DNA from: Gammaproteobacteria bacterium
Lineage (GTDB): Bacteria > Pseudomonadota > Gammaproteobacteria > Ga0077536
NCBI GenBank assembly: GCA_965223085.1
Contig: OZ244981.1
Coordinates: 577,161 to 641,160, forward strand
DNA length: 64,000 nucleotides
Direction of reading: 5' to 3'
A program made the translations under genes and the position numbers. Positions 20,214-29,284 of this stretch are shown here, one piece after another. Under the pieces are notes generated by a model. The model was not told where the DNA came from, searched no databases, and worked only from the letters and a program-made list of their open reading frames with translations. The first letter of the stretch is position 1. Every line of letters begins with the position of its first letter.

Positions 20214-22463
20214 TTAAAAGCGATACGATAGCGTAACGCCATAACGACGCTCCGTCGCCTGGTAGCCAACATCAGGCAGGTTTGTCGTCTGAGCATTGAA
20301 CCAATTTGACCAATATTGGGTGTTACCTAGGTTCTTCGCCCAAACCGTAAGCTGCCAGTTTTCGTTCTCAACAGCGACATTGGCATTGATTAGATGTACG
20401 TCTTCTTCAATGTCGGTATTAAATACGTCCCAATAATTGTCGCCGCGTACGGCATAATCGATATGGAGCGATGCTTCCCATCCGGTATTAGTGATCGGCC
20501 ACCTGTATTCGCCCGTTACACTGGCCGACCAATGACTGAAATTTCCAAGCTTATTTCCGATGAAGAAGTTATCGCTTATGGGGGTGGCTAGTCCGGATGC
20601 GGCGCTGATAGCCGCGGCATTGCCGCCAACGTTGATCGGGAACAGTGCAGCGTTCTCAAACGCCTCAATCTCAGAATCCATCCAACCGAGCGCGGCGCCG
20701 ACCGTAAGTCGATCGCTTACAGCCCAAGTTCCGTCGAGCTCAATACCCCAGACGCTGGACTCGGGGATATTGTGGAGGATCTGCGCCGCCTGCACCGAGT
20801 CGAACACGAAATCCTGTTTGTCATTTATGTCTTCGTAAAACACGGCTGCGTTAAATAACATCGCGCCGCCAGCGTATCGTCCCTTATGACCAAGCTCGTA
20901 ACTCCACAAAGTCTCCTCCTTGAAGGTTGTCGGGAAGGCAGATCTAGGTGTGTTGAAACCGCCGCTACGAAATCCTCGGGAGGCAGTTAAGTAAAACATG
21001 TGATCGCCGGTGGCGTTATAGCTGATGGAAGCTTTTGGCTGAATATCGTCAAATATCTTGTCGAAAAAGTTTGTCGTCGGATCGGGATCATCGTAGTCAA
21101 ACTGATCACGATCTTCGCGGTCATAACGCAAACCGAGGCTCACCGTCCACTTGTCGGTAATGTCGAAGTCGAGGTTGCCAAACACGGCGATCGCGTCAAT
21201 ATTACGTTTCAACCCAACTGGGGAGATGATAAAAGTCTCATCGGCCAGATCACCGTCCCCGTCGAAGTCGATGAAAACCGGCAGCGTGTCACGCCGATCG
21301 ATTGAGATGTAATACAGACCAACCATCCATCGCAAACGCTCTTCCGTGTTCGAGATCAGTTTAGCTTCTTCCGACCAAGACTTAGCGGTGTAGGTTTGCT
21401 CGTTACCAATAAATTCACCGGCAACAAAATCAAGATCACCAGGGCCGTCACCGCCCACGCCTTCGCCGCGCCGACCATAGCGCTCATAGGTATTGTTGTA
21501 GGCTGTTACAGACGAGAGTTTCGCCCAACCAAAATCATACTCCAGTTTCAAGGATGTGTCCCAAATAGTACCGAACGCAACAGATATAGGATCCGAAGTC
21601 GGACGCCCGAACCCATTATTACTATTTCGAATCCGGCCCGTAAATGGTACGCCGATCGGCCGAGTTATTACGTAGTTGTAATTTCCGGCCTCGAGGTCGT
21701 CGACGCTGAAACGAAAGTCGGCATTGAAGTTTTCAGTTGGGAACCATGATAGCCTGGCGCGCAATGTTTTATTCTCTTGAAAGTCGGCTTTTTTATTAAC
21801 AGTCGCATTGTTAATCGTCCCGTCATCATCGTGATAAGTGCCAGCTAAACGATACGATAGGGTATCTTTTATCACTGGACCCGCAACTGAAAACCTGAGA
21901 TCCAATGCGTCTGCGTTCCCGTATCCAACGGTGAATTTTCCTTGATGTTCGTTCGTGGGTGCTTTGGTTGTGATATTGATAGCGCCGGCGATCGCATTGC
22001 GACCATACAGCGAGCCCTGCGGTCCTTTGAGTATCTCAATTTGTTCGATATCGAATAACTCCTGGCGGACCTGGCTGGCATTACTAATCTGCACGCCATC
22101 GACGACTATGGAGATCGCCGGGTCCGTATTCCTTGTTTGTGTAATACCGCGCACGGAGATAAAGGTGGACGTTGGGCTTAGATCGTTTCTCGAGCCGATA
22201 TTGGGATAAAGCATGCCGATATCCTTAACCGTCGTGATACCGGCGCGTTCGATCTGATCTGATGTGATCACTACGATGCTGTCTGGAACATCGGCCAAGG
22301 ACTCGCTCCGCTTACGCGCTGTAACTACGATCTCCTCTAGTGCCCCTTGCGCTGCCGCGACACCTATGAGTTGAAACCCCGGCGGGTATTGCGTTGATAG
22401 TACAAGCGCCATCGCAATTGTTGGCACAACATATACTAGTCGATTTACTGATTTACGATTCAT
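20214..22463 (-). CDS. TonB-dependent outer-membrane receptor
   Basis: 749 aa with a signal peptide, an N-terminal plug (..EEIVVTARKRSESLADVPDSIVVITSDQIERAGI..), and a beta-barrel ending in the canonical ..RRYGVTLSYRF. Confidence 0.85.
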   Translation of the reverse strand: MNRKSVNRLVYVVPTIAMALVLSTQYPPGFQLIGVAAAQGALEEIVVTARKRSESLADVPDSIVVITSDQIERAGITTVKDIGMLYPNIGSRNDLSPTSTFISVRGITQTRNTDPAISIVVDGVQISNASQVRQELFDIEQIEILKGPQGSLYGRNAIAGAINITTKAPTNEHQGKFTVGYGNADALDLRFSVAGPVIKDTLSYRLAGTYHDDDGTINNATVNKKADFQENKTLRARLSWFPTENFNADFRFSVDDLEAGNYNYVITRPIGVPFTGRIRNSNNGFGRPTSDPISVAFGTIWDTSLKLEYDFGWAKLSSVTAYNNTYERYGRRGEGVGGDGPGDLDFVAGEFIGNEQTYTAKSWSEEAKLISNTEERLRWMVGLYYISIDRRDTLPVFIDFDGDGDLADETFIISPVGLKRNIDAIAVFGNLDFDITDKWTVSLGLRYDREDRDQFDYDDPDPTTNFFDKIFDDIQPKASISYNATGDHMFYLTASRGFRSGGFNTPRSAFPTTFKEETLWSYELGHKGRYAGGAMLFNAAVFYEDINDKQDFVFDSVQAAQILHNIPESSVWGIELDGTWAVSDRLTVGAALGWMDSEIEAFENAALFPINVGGNAAAISAASGLATPISDNFFIGNKLGNFSHWSASVTGEYRWPITNTGWEASLHIDYAVRGDNYWDVFNTDIEEDVHLINANVAVENENWQLTVWAKNLGNTQYWSNWFNAQTTNLPDVGYQATERRYGVTLSYRF

Positions 22464-22506
22464 CTTGAAACCCCAACAGCATGACGGATCACCAAATTAA
22501 GGAACT

Positions 22507-23679
22507 TCAAATTAAGGCGAACCTTGGATCGGCCGCGAGGCTGGGTATTTCCTCTAACCCCAACTCTTTGCGAACGATATTGACCCCTAGTCGCAGCGAC
22601 ACCATTTTGAAAAACGCGTGCATTCGACTCATGCCTTGTCGACCGAAGCCGCAATCAGAGCTGATGATCAGTCGCTCTGGACCTATAAGTGTTGCCGCAC
22701 GACGGACTAGGTTTGCAACCTGTTCAGGGCGTTCGATCTCGAGGCTACGGTGATGAATGGCGCCGATCGCCACCTTCTTGTCTTTACCAATCGCCTTTGC
22801 AATTGCCTCGAGGTTTTCTCCCTCATCACTGGCCGTCTCGAATGTAATGACGTCGACATCCAACGCATTTAAATATGACAAACCCGGTGTGTAGTCCTGC
22901 ACCACTTCAACGCGTTGGGCGAGCGGATTGCCCCAACAGGTGTGCGCCCAAATCTCGGTCTTGTCCCGCAAACCGTCAACTTCACGGTTAAATACCTCTA
23001 CATATTCGGCTGCGCGTCTCGCGCCATCGTCCATTGACGCAACGTACTGTATGAGTGGCTCCTCTAATTGAATAACCGGTGCGCCAGCATCGGCGAGCCG
23101 GCGGTATTCCTTATTCATGGAATCTGCGATTGCGTTCGTGACTTCCTGCGGTTGTTTGTAATAACGATTAACGACCACTGCATCCAATAGCTGTGCGCAG
23201 CAACTACCTAGTTTTACCGGTTGAGCGCTCATGCTCTGAGCGATCTTCCAAAGCTCCGTGTATTCGAGATCACCCGGCGTGATCTCACCGGTTATCGAGG
23301 CGGGCAGCCGACATTCTTGAACGCGTTGCAAGATATCGCCGCGTTGTTGTTCGCGCGGTGAGGACCACCCGGGAACCTGCAAGGCGGGTTTTTCCATGCC
23401 ACCCATACGCTCGAACATGTACGCAAACCAAGCGCGGCCACCAACATCCGCGTCGAAACGCGAGTCGCCGTCGACGAAGATTTCGATTCCGGCGATCGAC
23501 TGATCGCAGAAGTGCGCTGCTAGTGTGTCGCAATACTGTTCGCGAAAACGTAGATCTGTCATGGCCAAAGAGAAGGGGCGGCCATTGAGATTCTCTGTAA
23601 ACCAACTGGGACGTGGCAGCGATCCGGTAAGCGTGGTCGCTAACGGTCGATCTTTGGTCGCTTTGAACATGAAAACCAA
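22507..23679 (-). CDS. MetE-like Zn-dependent methyltransferase, paralog 2 (about 90% identical to 48017..49189)
   Basis: MVFMFKATKDRPLATTLTGSLPRPSWF..IQLEEPLIQ..WAHTCWGNP..SSDCGFGRQG. A 390-aa intact ORF. Confidence 0.8.
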   Translation of the reverse strand: MVFMFKATKDRPLATTLTGSLPRPSWFTENLNGRPFSLAMTDLRFREQYCDTLAAHFCDQSIAGIEIFVDGDSRFDADVGGRAWFAYMFERMGGMEKPALQVPGWSSPREQQRGDILQRVQECRLPASITGEITPGDLEYTELWKIAQSMSAQPVKLGSCCAQLLDAVVVNRYYKQPQEVTNAIADSMNKEYRRLADAGAPVIQLEEPLIQYVASMDDGARRAAEYVEVFNREVDGLRDKTEIWAHTCWGNPLAQRVEVVQDYTPGLSYLNALDVDVITFETASDEGENLEAIAKAIGKDKKVAIGAIHHRSLEIERPEQVANLVRRAATLIGPERLIISSDCGFGRQGMSRMHAFFKMVSLRLGVNIVRKELGLEEIPSLAADPRFALI

Positions 23680-24031
23680 CCTGGTTCGGCAGTGCCCTAG
23701 AGGCCAGCCGGGTCATTGGCGATTTGAATAGATTTAACGATATAGCGCGATTCCACAATGTTGGGCCATATGGTGGCTTATCCCGTAATCTGATTTGGTG
23801 CTACGAACTACGATGACACGAAATACCCTTGGCAGACTGAAGTTTGCGAGTTAGCTTAAGCTCATGCGCGCGACTTCGTGCGGCCGTGGCAGCGTCGTGA
23901 GACGGACGGGTGATTGTTAGACTGTCAGATAAATCAGCAGAGTACGCAACATTTTCACTGTTGTTGAATTCGAACACTCCACAGTACATGGTGGTTCTAG
24001 CCGACGATAAACGACACTTGCGGAAACCCTT

Positions 24032-24100
24032 ATGAAGACAGCGATCAAGAGCGCGACCATCGTGCCTATGGATGAAAACATCGGCGATCTCGTCGAGCTC
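24032..24100 (+). pseudogene. 5' end (about 23 codons) of an amidohydrolase paralog, with its conserved leader, truncated by an IS256 fragment
   Basis: MKTAIKSATIVPMDENIGDLVE parallels MKTVIKSASIVSMDEGIGDLASGDILIEG of the intact amidohydrolase at 55261. The upstream 46-nt leader is 41/46 identical to 55148..55193. Confidence 0.55.
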
Positions 24101-24447
24101 ATCTCCGTGCCGCACAGCGCTTCGACAACTCTCTTCACCCGACGGGTCGACACCCCTTGAACGTACATCTCTGCTATAGCCAACAGTAACGCGCGTTCCG
24201 AGCGTAGACCACGCTCCAGACTTTGCGGGTAAAATTCGCCGTCGCGGCTCTGGGGCACCATCAGTGCCAACGTACTGAGCCGCGTCTTTATCGATTTGTC
24301 TTTGTAACCATTGGCATAGCCCGTACGCGCCGCCACCATCGCCGAGTTCAGCAAAACCGTCACCGCTTCTGCCAGTCCATCAAAGCCATGCGTCCTTAGC
24401 AGTTCCACTGCATCGACAATCGTTTTATTCTCACCATGCTGAGCCAT
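24100..24447 (-). pseudogene. N-terminal roughly 115 aa of an IS256-family (mutator-type) transposase, truncated
   Basis: MAQHGENKTIVDAVELLRTHGFDGLAEAVTVLLNSAMVAARTGYANGYKDKSIKTRLSTLALMVPQSRDGEFYPQSLERGLRSERALLLAIAEMYVQGVSTRRVKRVVEALCG is IS256-like. It ends within amidohydrolase-derived sequence. Confidence 0.6.
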
Positions 24448-24785
24448 TTCGTGTTTCCTCTTTGTCCGCAATTCGCCAATCGCTTTCAAAAGGATAACCG
24501 GATGGCTCGGCGCTTCCGAACCGACAACAATTTACAGAAGAAACGTTACACCACCCAAAATCAAAAGGCATGAGAGATACAGAATTATCCACTCTTCTTG
24601 GGGAGGCATACTTCCATGAGGGAAAATACCAAAACGCTATTGCAGCTCTCACAGCCGGTATCAATCTCTTTGTCGAAGATTCGCGATTTAATATGTCGGG
24701 CGAAAGTTTTGGACCTCCGCGAGCTCCGGCCATTTACCACGGCGTTAGATTGCATATCCGATTTGGGTGGCTGACCGGGAGTCAG

Positions 24786-24866
24786 CCAACTGAAACAGTG
24801 ATCACCGGGGTCGCGCAAGCGTTCAAAAACATTACCGTCTAGGTCAGAGGTTCGTTCTAACCGAAC
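24786..24866. repeat. direct repeat 2 (partial copy of the PEP-hydrolase-like gene 3' end); right boundary of the island
   Basis: 77/81 identical to 12175..12255. Only the last 16 codons upstream ([17 protein letters not shown]) resemble the gene, so this is the partial duplicate. Confidence 0.85.
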
Positions 24867-24946
24867 GGAGATAACGGCAATGTGCAGCGCCATATCTGCA
24901 TCCCCGGCGCACGCGCCGCCTAAACCGACGGATCGACGGGAGAACG

Positions 24947-26500
24947 CTACCGCGCTGCTTTAACCCGTTCGTCACCGTCACGCTCGTGCGCTGGCGCATT
25001 TTCGTACACGAACTCAAGACCATCGAGATCAATTGCTGGGATCGCGTCCTTCTCCGTCCAGTAGTCTTGGGTATGCTGCCATTCCGGCTTGTCTCCGCGT
25101 TTGGGAAGCAAGTGCATGCTACGTAGCATATAACCGGGATTGAAGTCTTCCGTGTCGAGCCATGACAGTAGTGGCATGTCCTGGTCTTCAGGTCGCAATG
25201 CCACCGATACTTTTGTCGCACCTTTCTTTTGCATATGTTTTAGTAAACGACAGACGAAGTCTGCTAGGAGATCGACGCGCAGTGTCCAGCTCGCTCGAAA
25301 ATAACCAAAAACCCATAAGAGATTTGGCACACCAGTGAACATCATGCCGCGATAGGTCACGGAATTCGCAAAATCGAGCGCTTCGCCATCGACGCTAAAA
25401 TCGATGTTGCCGAGAACACTCAAATTGAAGCCGGTCGCGGTAACGATAATATCGGCCTCGAGTTCCTGACCGGATTTCAGACGAATACCCGTCTCGGTAA
25501 AACGATCGATTTCGTCAGTGACTACGCTCGCCTTGCCCGCGGTGATGCCTTTAAAAAGATCGCCGTCTGGCACTACAGCGATACGCTGACGCCAAGGCCG
25601 ATACGTCGGCGTGAAGTGCGTATCGACATCGTAGTCTGGACCAAGATAGGCGCGTACACCGGCAAGAAGTTCTTCCTTCACCACCTCGGGTTCTTCCACC
25701 GAACGGCGCGTGAATTCTCTTTGCTCCATTAAGATCTGTCGACGCACGATCTCGTGGATCCATTCCTCCTTGATGTCGAGTTTGCGCAGCTCGTCAGCCA
25801 TATTGTTCTGGTTAAATCCCGGCAGAAAATACGTTGGTGAACGTTGCAGCACTGTGACGTGCTCACAGTCTGCCGCGATAGCCGGAACGACGGTAGCGGT
25901 AGTTGCGCCAGAACCGATTACGATCAGTCTCTTGTTCGCGTAGTCAAGATCCTCGGGCCAAGTCTGAGGGTGAATGACCTGTCCCTTGAAATCGTCCATT
26001 CCTTCCCATTCCGGCGTGTAACCCTTTTCGTGGTGATAATATCCCTGACACATCCACAAAAAATTGGCCGTGAACTGCAGCGTTTCATCGTTATCGGTAC
26101 GCACCGCATCGATCGTCCAGAGGTTATCGGTACTCGACCAACTCGCCGAGACTATTTTATGGCGATACCGAATGTGTTGATCGAGATCGTTCTCCTCAAT
26201 CACTTCGCCCATGTACTTAAGGATCTCCTCGGCCGATGCGATGGGGGCACTGGTCCAAGGTTTGAAACGGTAGCCAAAGGTATACAGATCGCTATCGGAG
26301 CGGATGCCGGGGTAGCGATGCATGAGCCAGGTGCCACCGAAACTCTCCAGTCCTTCCAATACGACGAAGCTTTTCTCGGGGCATTGTGTCGCTAGATGAT
26401 AAGCGCTGCCGACGCCGGAAATACCGGCCCCCACAATGAGCACGTCAAAATGCTCACCAGCTCGTGATTTAGGTATCGTGGCTACGCCGGAAACGCTCAT
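24947..26500 (-). CDS. flavin-containing / Baeyer-Villiger-type monooxygenase (class B flavoprotein)
   Basis: GAGISGVGSAY FAD-binding Rossmann motif, the FMO-identifying motif FKGQVIHPQTW (FxGxxxHxxxW), and a second Rossmann motif VIGSGATTATVV. Start taken at the second ATG (MSVSG..) on RBS spacing. Confidence 0.8.
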   Translation of the reverse strand: MSVSGVATIPKSRAGEHFDVLIVGAGISGVGSAYHLATQCPEKSFVVLEGLESFGGTWLMHRYPGIRSDSDLYTFGYRFKPWTSAPIASAEEILKYMGEVIEENDLDQHIRYRHKIVSASWSSTDNLWTIDAVRTDNDETLQFTANFLWMCQGYYHHEKGYTPEWEGMDDFKGQVIHPQTWPEDLDYANKRLIVIGSGATTATVVPAIAADCEHVTVLQRSPTYFLPGFNQNNMADELRKLDIKEEWIHEIVRRQILMEQREFTRRSVEEPEVVKEELLAGVRAYLGPDYDVDTHFTPTYRPWRQRIAVVPDGDLFKGITAGKASVVTDEIDRFTETGIRLKSGQELEADIIVTATGFNLSVLGNIDFSVDGEALDFANSVTYRGMMFTGVPNLLWVFGYFRASWTLRVDLLADFVCRLLKHMQKKGATKVSVALRPEDQDMPLLSWLDTEDFNPGYMLRSMHLLPKRGDKPEWQHTQDYWTEKDAIPAIDLDGLEFVYENAPAHERDGDERVKAAR

Positions 26501-26899
26501 CGGTATCATTCCTCGATAATAAAACTGAAATCAGTCGGTCAAACCTATATATTTTATATGATCTAGATTAATCATCGATAGCGATTGGTTGGCACAGTGA
26601 GCCGCTAATACTAGCCCAAGCATCTAGATTTACTGTGAGCCAGAATCATGTGCGGCGCGAGTATAAAGCGCTGCGCGGCAAGACGTGAAACTACAATCGG
26701 TAAGCTTATGAGTTGTTGGATTATCCAATAGTTATAGGAGATTAATGGCAAGATTCATGAAAACCAATATATCGCCAAATCGTAAACATCTTGTAGAAAA
26801 TTGGCTGCACATTCGGCCACTACATCAAAGGGCTTCGAGCAGTGACCCACTCGAAGCCCCCGATTGTGGGTTTGTGCTACCCTCTCCTCGGCGTCGGAT

Positions 26900-27259
26900 C
26901 TAAATCGACATCATCTTATCGCCGAGATTCCACAGCTCTACCTTCGCATCGTTTTCAATGCATACGCCGACACGGTTGATCGTTGCACAAAACGTATGCG
27001 TCGGTCCCATGACGGCGACACCCTGGACCGGCGACATCTTGATCTCACCGCTGCCGATCGCATCGAGCAGATTTGCCTGTAAGCCTGCTCTGATACCATC
27101 TGACTCGAGAAAATGCATCGCCATCACCGCGTCGTTTCCTTGAATCGCGCCAACGACCTCCAGTATTTCCGGCGGCTTGGCGTTGACCGAATCCGCTGCT
27201 TTCCAACGTCCGGCACCCACAACACCAGGAATGTCTAGCAAATCATTCAAAGTAGTCAT
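26900..27259 (-). CDS. roadblock/LC7-domain protein
   Basis: 119 aa, MTTLNDLLDIPGVVGAG...FLESDGI.., matching the Robl/LC7/MglB-like small regulatory domain pattern. It is flanked by roughly 390-bp non-coding stretches. Confidence 0.5.
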   Translation of the reverse strand: MTTLNDLLDIPGVVGAGRWKAADSVNAKPPEILEVVGAIQGNDAVMAMHFLESDGIRAGLQANLLDAIGSGEIKMSPVQGVAVMGPTHTFCATINRVGVCIENDAKVELWNLGDKMMSI

Positions 27260-27656
27260 TGTTATCTCCTTGGGTCGGTTATGAGAAGCGGCCTCAAATT
27301 ATTCGCGGTTACGTTAGCGTCCGCAAAACTCGGCAGAACAACATAAACCGGAGACGCAGCGCGTCGTGTTCTATGCGCACGTACGGCGATACTACCGCTT
27401 CTAGGCTTTGCTGTGCGTGCTCATCACGCACTTGCGTAGTGTGAGCGCGATTCGACGCGTTAACTTGATGTGGGTCAAGAACACACCATGCGTCGGAAAA
27501 TGTTGCGGCGAGGCGCTAGAAAAATGCTGCCCAGAACGGCGCATGGGCACGGTAGACGACATCGCGGCCGCGCTTGTCTATATGGCGAGCCCAACCGCAT
27601 TATCGGGGATTTGAGTTGTTTGTAAACGCATCAATTGGCACACGTATAATATAAAT

Positions 27657-29060
27657 TTAGATCGCGCGCGAGAACCCTCGCTTTGGAGTCGAACCCAGCG
27701 CTACCTGCGGAGGTAAGTAACGGTCAAACACCATGCAAATGTTGCGGATCAAAAACCGCCCCTTATCGGTAACGCGAATTGTATCGAGTTCCAATTCTAC
27801 GAGTTGCTCGCCCGTGAATTCTGCGAGTCTTTCCCACTGATCCTTAAAGTAAGATTTGAAATCAATGCCGTGCCGCATTTCAAACGCTTTCACGTCCAGG
27901 CGAAAGTAGCACATCAGTGTGCGGATGGCATCGCGAACGATGACATCATCATCGCTGAGAACCACGCCTTTCTCGATTGGCAGGCTATGCTCGTTTAGCG
28001 CCTGCGTGTACGTAGGCAGATCCTTGGCATTTTGACAATACACGCCGTTTACGCTGCTGATGGCACTCACGCCGAGGCCGATTAGATCGCACTGTCCGTG
28101 AGTGCTGTAACCCTGAAAGTTGCGATGCAGGGTGCCGTTCTGTTGAGCTATTACAAGACTGTCGTTGGGTTTAGCGAAGTGATCCATGCCGATGTACTCA
28201 TACCCAGCCTCGTCTAAGATTCCGATTGCGGTTTGTAACAAGACGAGCTTCGTCTCGGCGGTAGGAACATCATCACTAGCGATCTGACGCTGCGTTTTGA
28301 ACCGTTGCGGTAAGTGTGCGTAGCTGTAGATGGACAGGCGATCCGGATCTAGATCTAACACTCGATACAGGGTGTTGCGGAAACTATCAGGTGATTGCAA
28401 CGGTAGCCCATAGATCAAATCCACGCTCACGGATCGAAACCCAACAGCGCGCGCCGCATCGATTACCGCGGCTGTTTCGAGCTCGTTTTGCAAGCGGTTT
28501 ACGGCTTTCTGCACGTTCGGATCGAAATCTTGAATGCCTAAGCTCACGCGATTCAAACCACAGCGCGATAGATGATGAATGCGCGCGGCATCAACCGTGC
28601 GCGGATCGATCTCGATCGAAAAATCGCGCTCGTTTCCGGCAGCGAGGTTAAAGTTACGATGCAACGCTTCGAAGATCACATCAAATTGATCGTCGGTGAA
28701 ATAGGTAGGGGTGCCGCCGCCAAAGTGTAGCTGCACTACTTCGTGATTGTCTCCCAGTAAACGGCGATGCAGACTCATCTCTTTAATCAACTGTCCTAGG
28801 TAGGCCTCGGCGTGCTTACGGTTTTTAGTCACAATCTTGTTGCAAGCGCAGTAGTAGCAAACGGTGTCGCAGAAAGGCACGTGCATATACAGCGACAGGG
28901 GCGCCCTCAGCTTCGCGCCGAGTTGCCCGACTGCGGCGGCGTAGTGACGAGTGTCGAAAGCCTCGACGAATTGAAGCGCAGTTGGATACGACGTGTAACG
29001 GGGTCCCACAACGTCGTACTTTTTGATTAGCTCGGGATCGAATTGAATATGACGATGCAT
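27657..29060 (-). CDS. hemN: oxygen-independent coproporphyrinogen-III oxidase-like radical SAM protein
   Basis: ..YMHVPFCDTVCYYCACN.. (CxxxCxxC radical SAM) with HemN-type flanking blocks (..RYTSYPTA.., ..LHFGGGTPT.., HemN C-terminal domain). About 467 aa. Confidence 0.85.
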   Translation of the reverse strand: MHRHIQFDPELIKKYDVVGPRYTSYPTALQFVEAFDTRHYAAAVGQLGAKLRAPLSLYMHVPFCDTVCYYCACNKIVTKNRKHAEAYLGQLIKEMSLHRRLLGDNHEVVQLHFGGGTPTYFTDDQFDVIFEALHRNFNLAAGNERDFSIEIDPRTVDAARIHHLSRCGLNRVSLGIQDFDPNVQKAVNRLQNELETAAVIDAARAVGFRSVSVDLIYGLPLQSPDSFRNTLYRVLDLDPDRLSIYSYAHLPQRFKTQRQIASDDVPTAETKLVLLQTAIGILDEAGYEYIGMDHFAKPNDSLVIAQQNGTLHRNFQGYSTHGQCDLIGLGVSAISSVNGVYCQNAKDLPTYTQALNEHSLPIEKGVVLSDDDVIVRDAIRTLMCYFRLDVKAFEMRHGIDFKSYFKDQWERLAEFTGEQLVELELDTIRVTDKGRFLIRNICMVFDRYLPPQVALGSTPKRGFSRAI

Positions 29061-29284
29061 TGGTGCCCCAATTATACATGCACGCTTGCCGTCTTCGGAA
29101 CGACAAAGGAGCCGATCGCTGTCATACCGGGCCCACACTGGTGTGATACCGGGTTTGACCCGGTACCCAATTAGCGTAAATCGCTGTGGGCCGTCCCTAC
29201 GCAGCTAATTTCGTCACTGCTGTATCATTCGTGTCGATAATACTGATGCGATCCGTTGAGGCCGGCGTGCGGATGAGGAAGAGA

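Noticed and set aside
23765-23798. Whether the conserved element upstream of the MetE-like paralogs is a known riboswitch (SAM, B12 or THF class)
   Set aside because: I could not match it to the conserved cores of those classes by eye. It is kept as a finding only as an unclassified conserved element.
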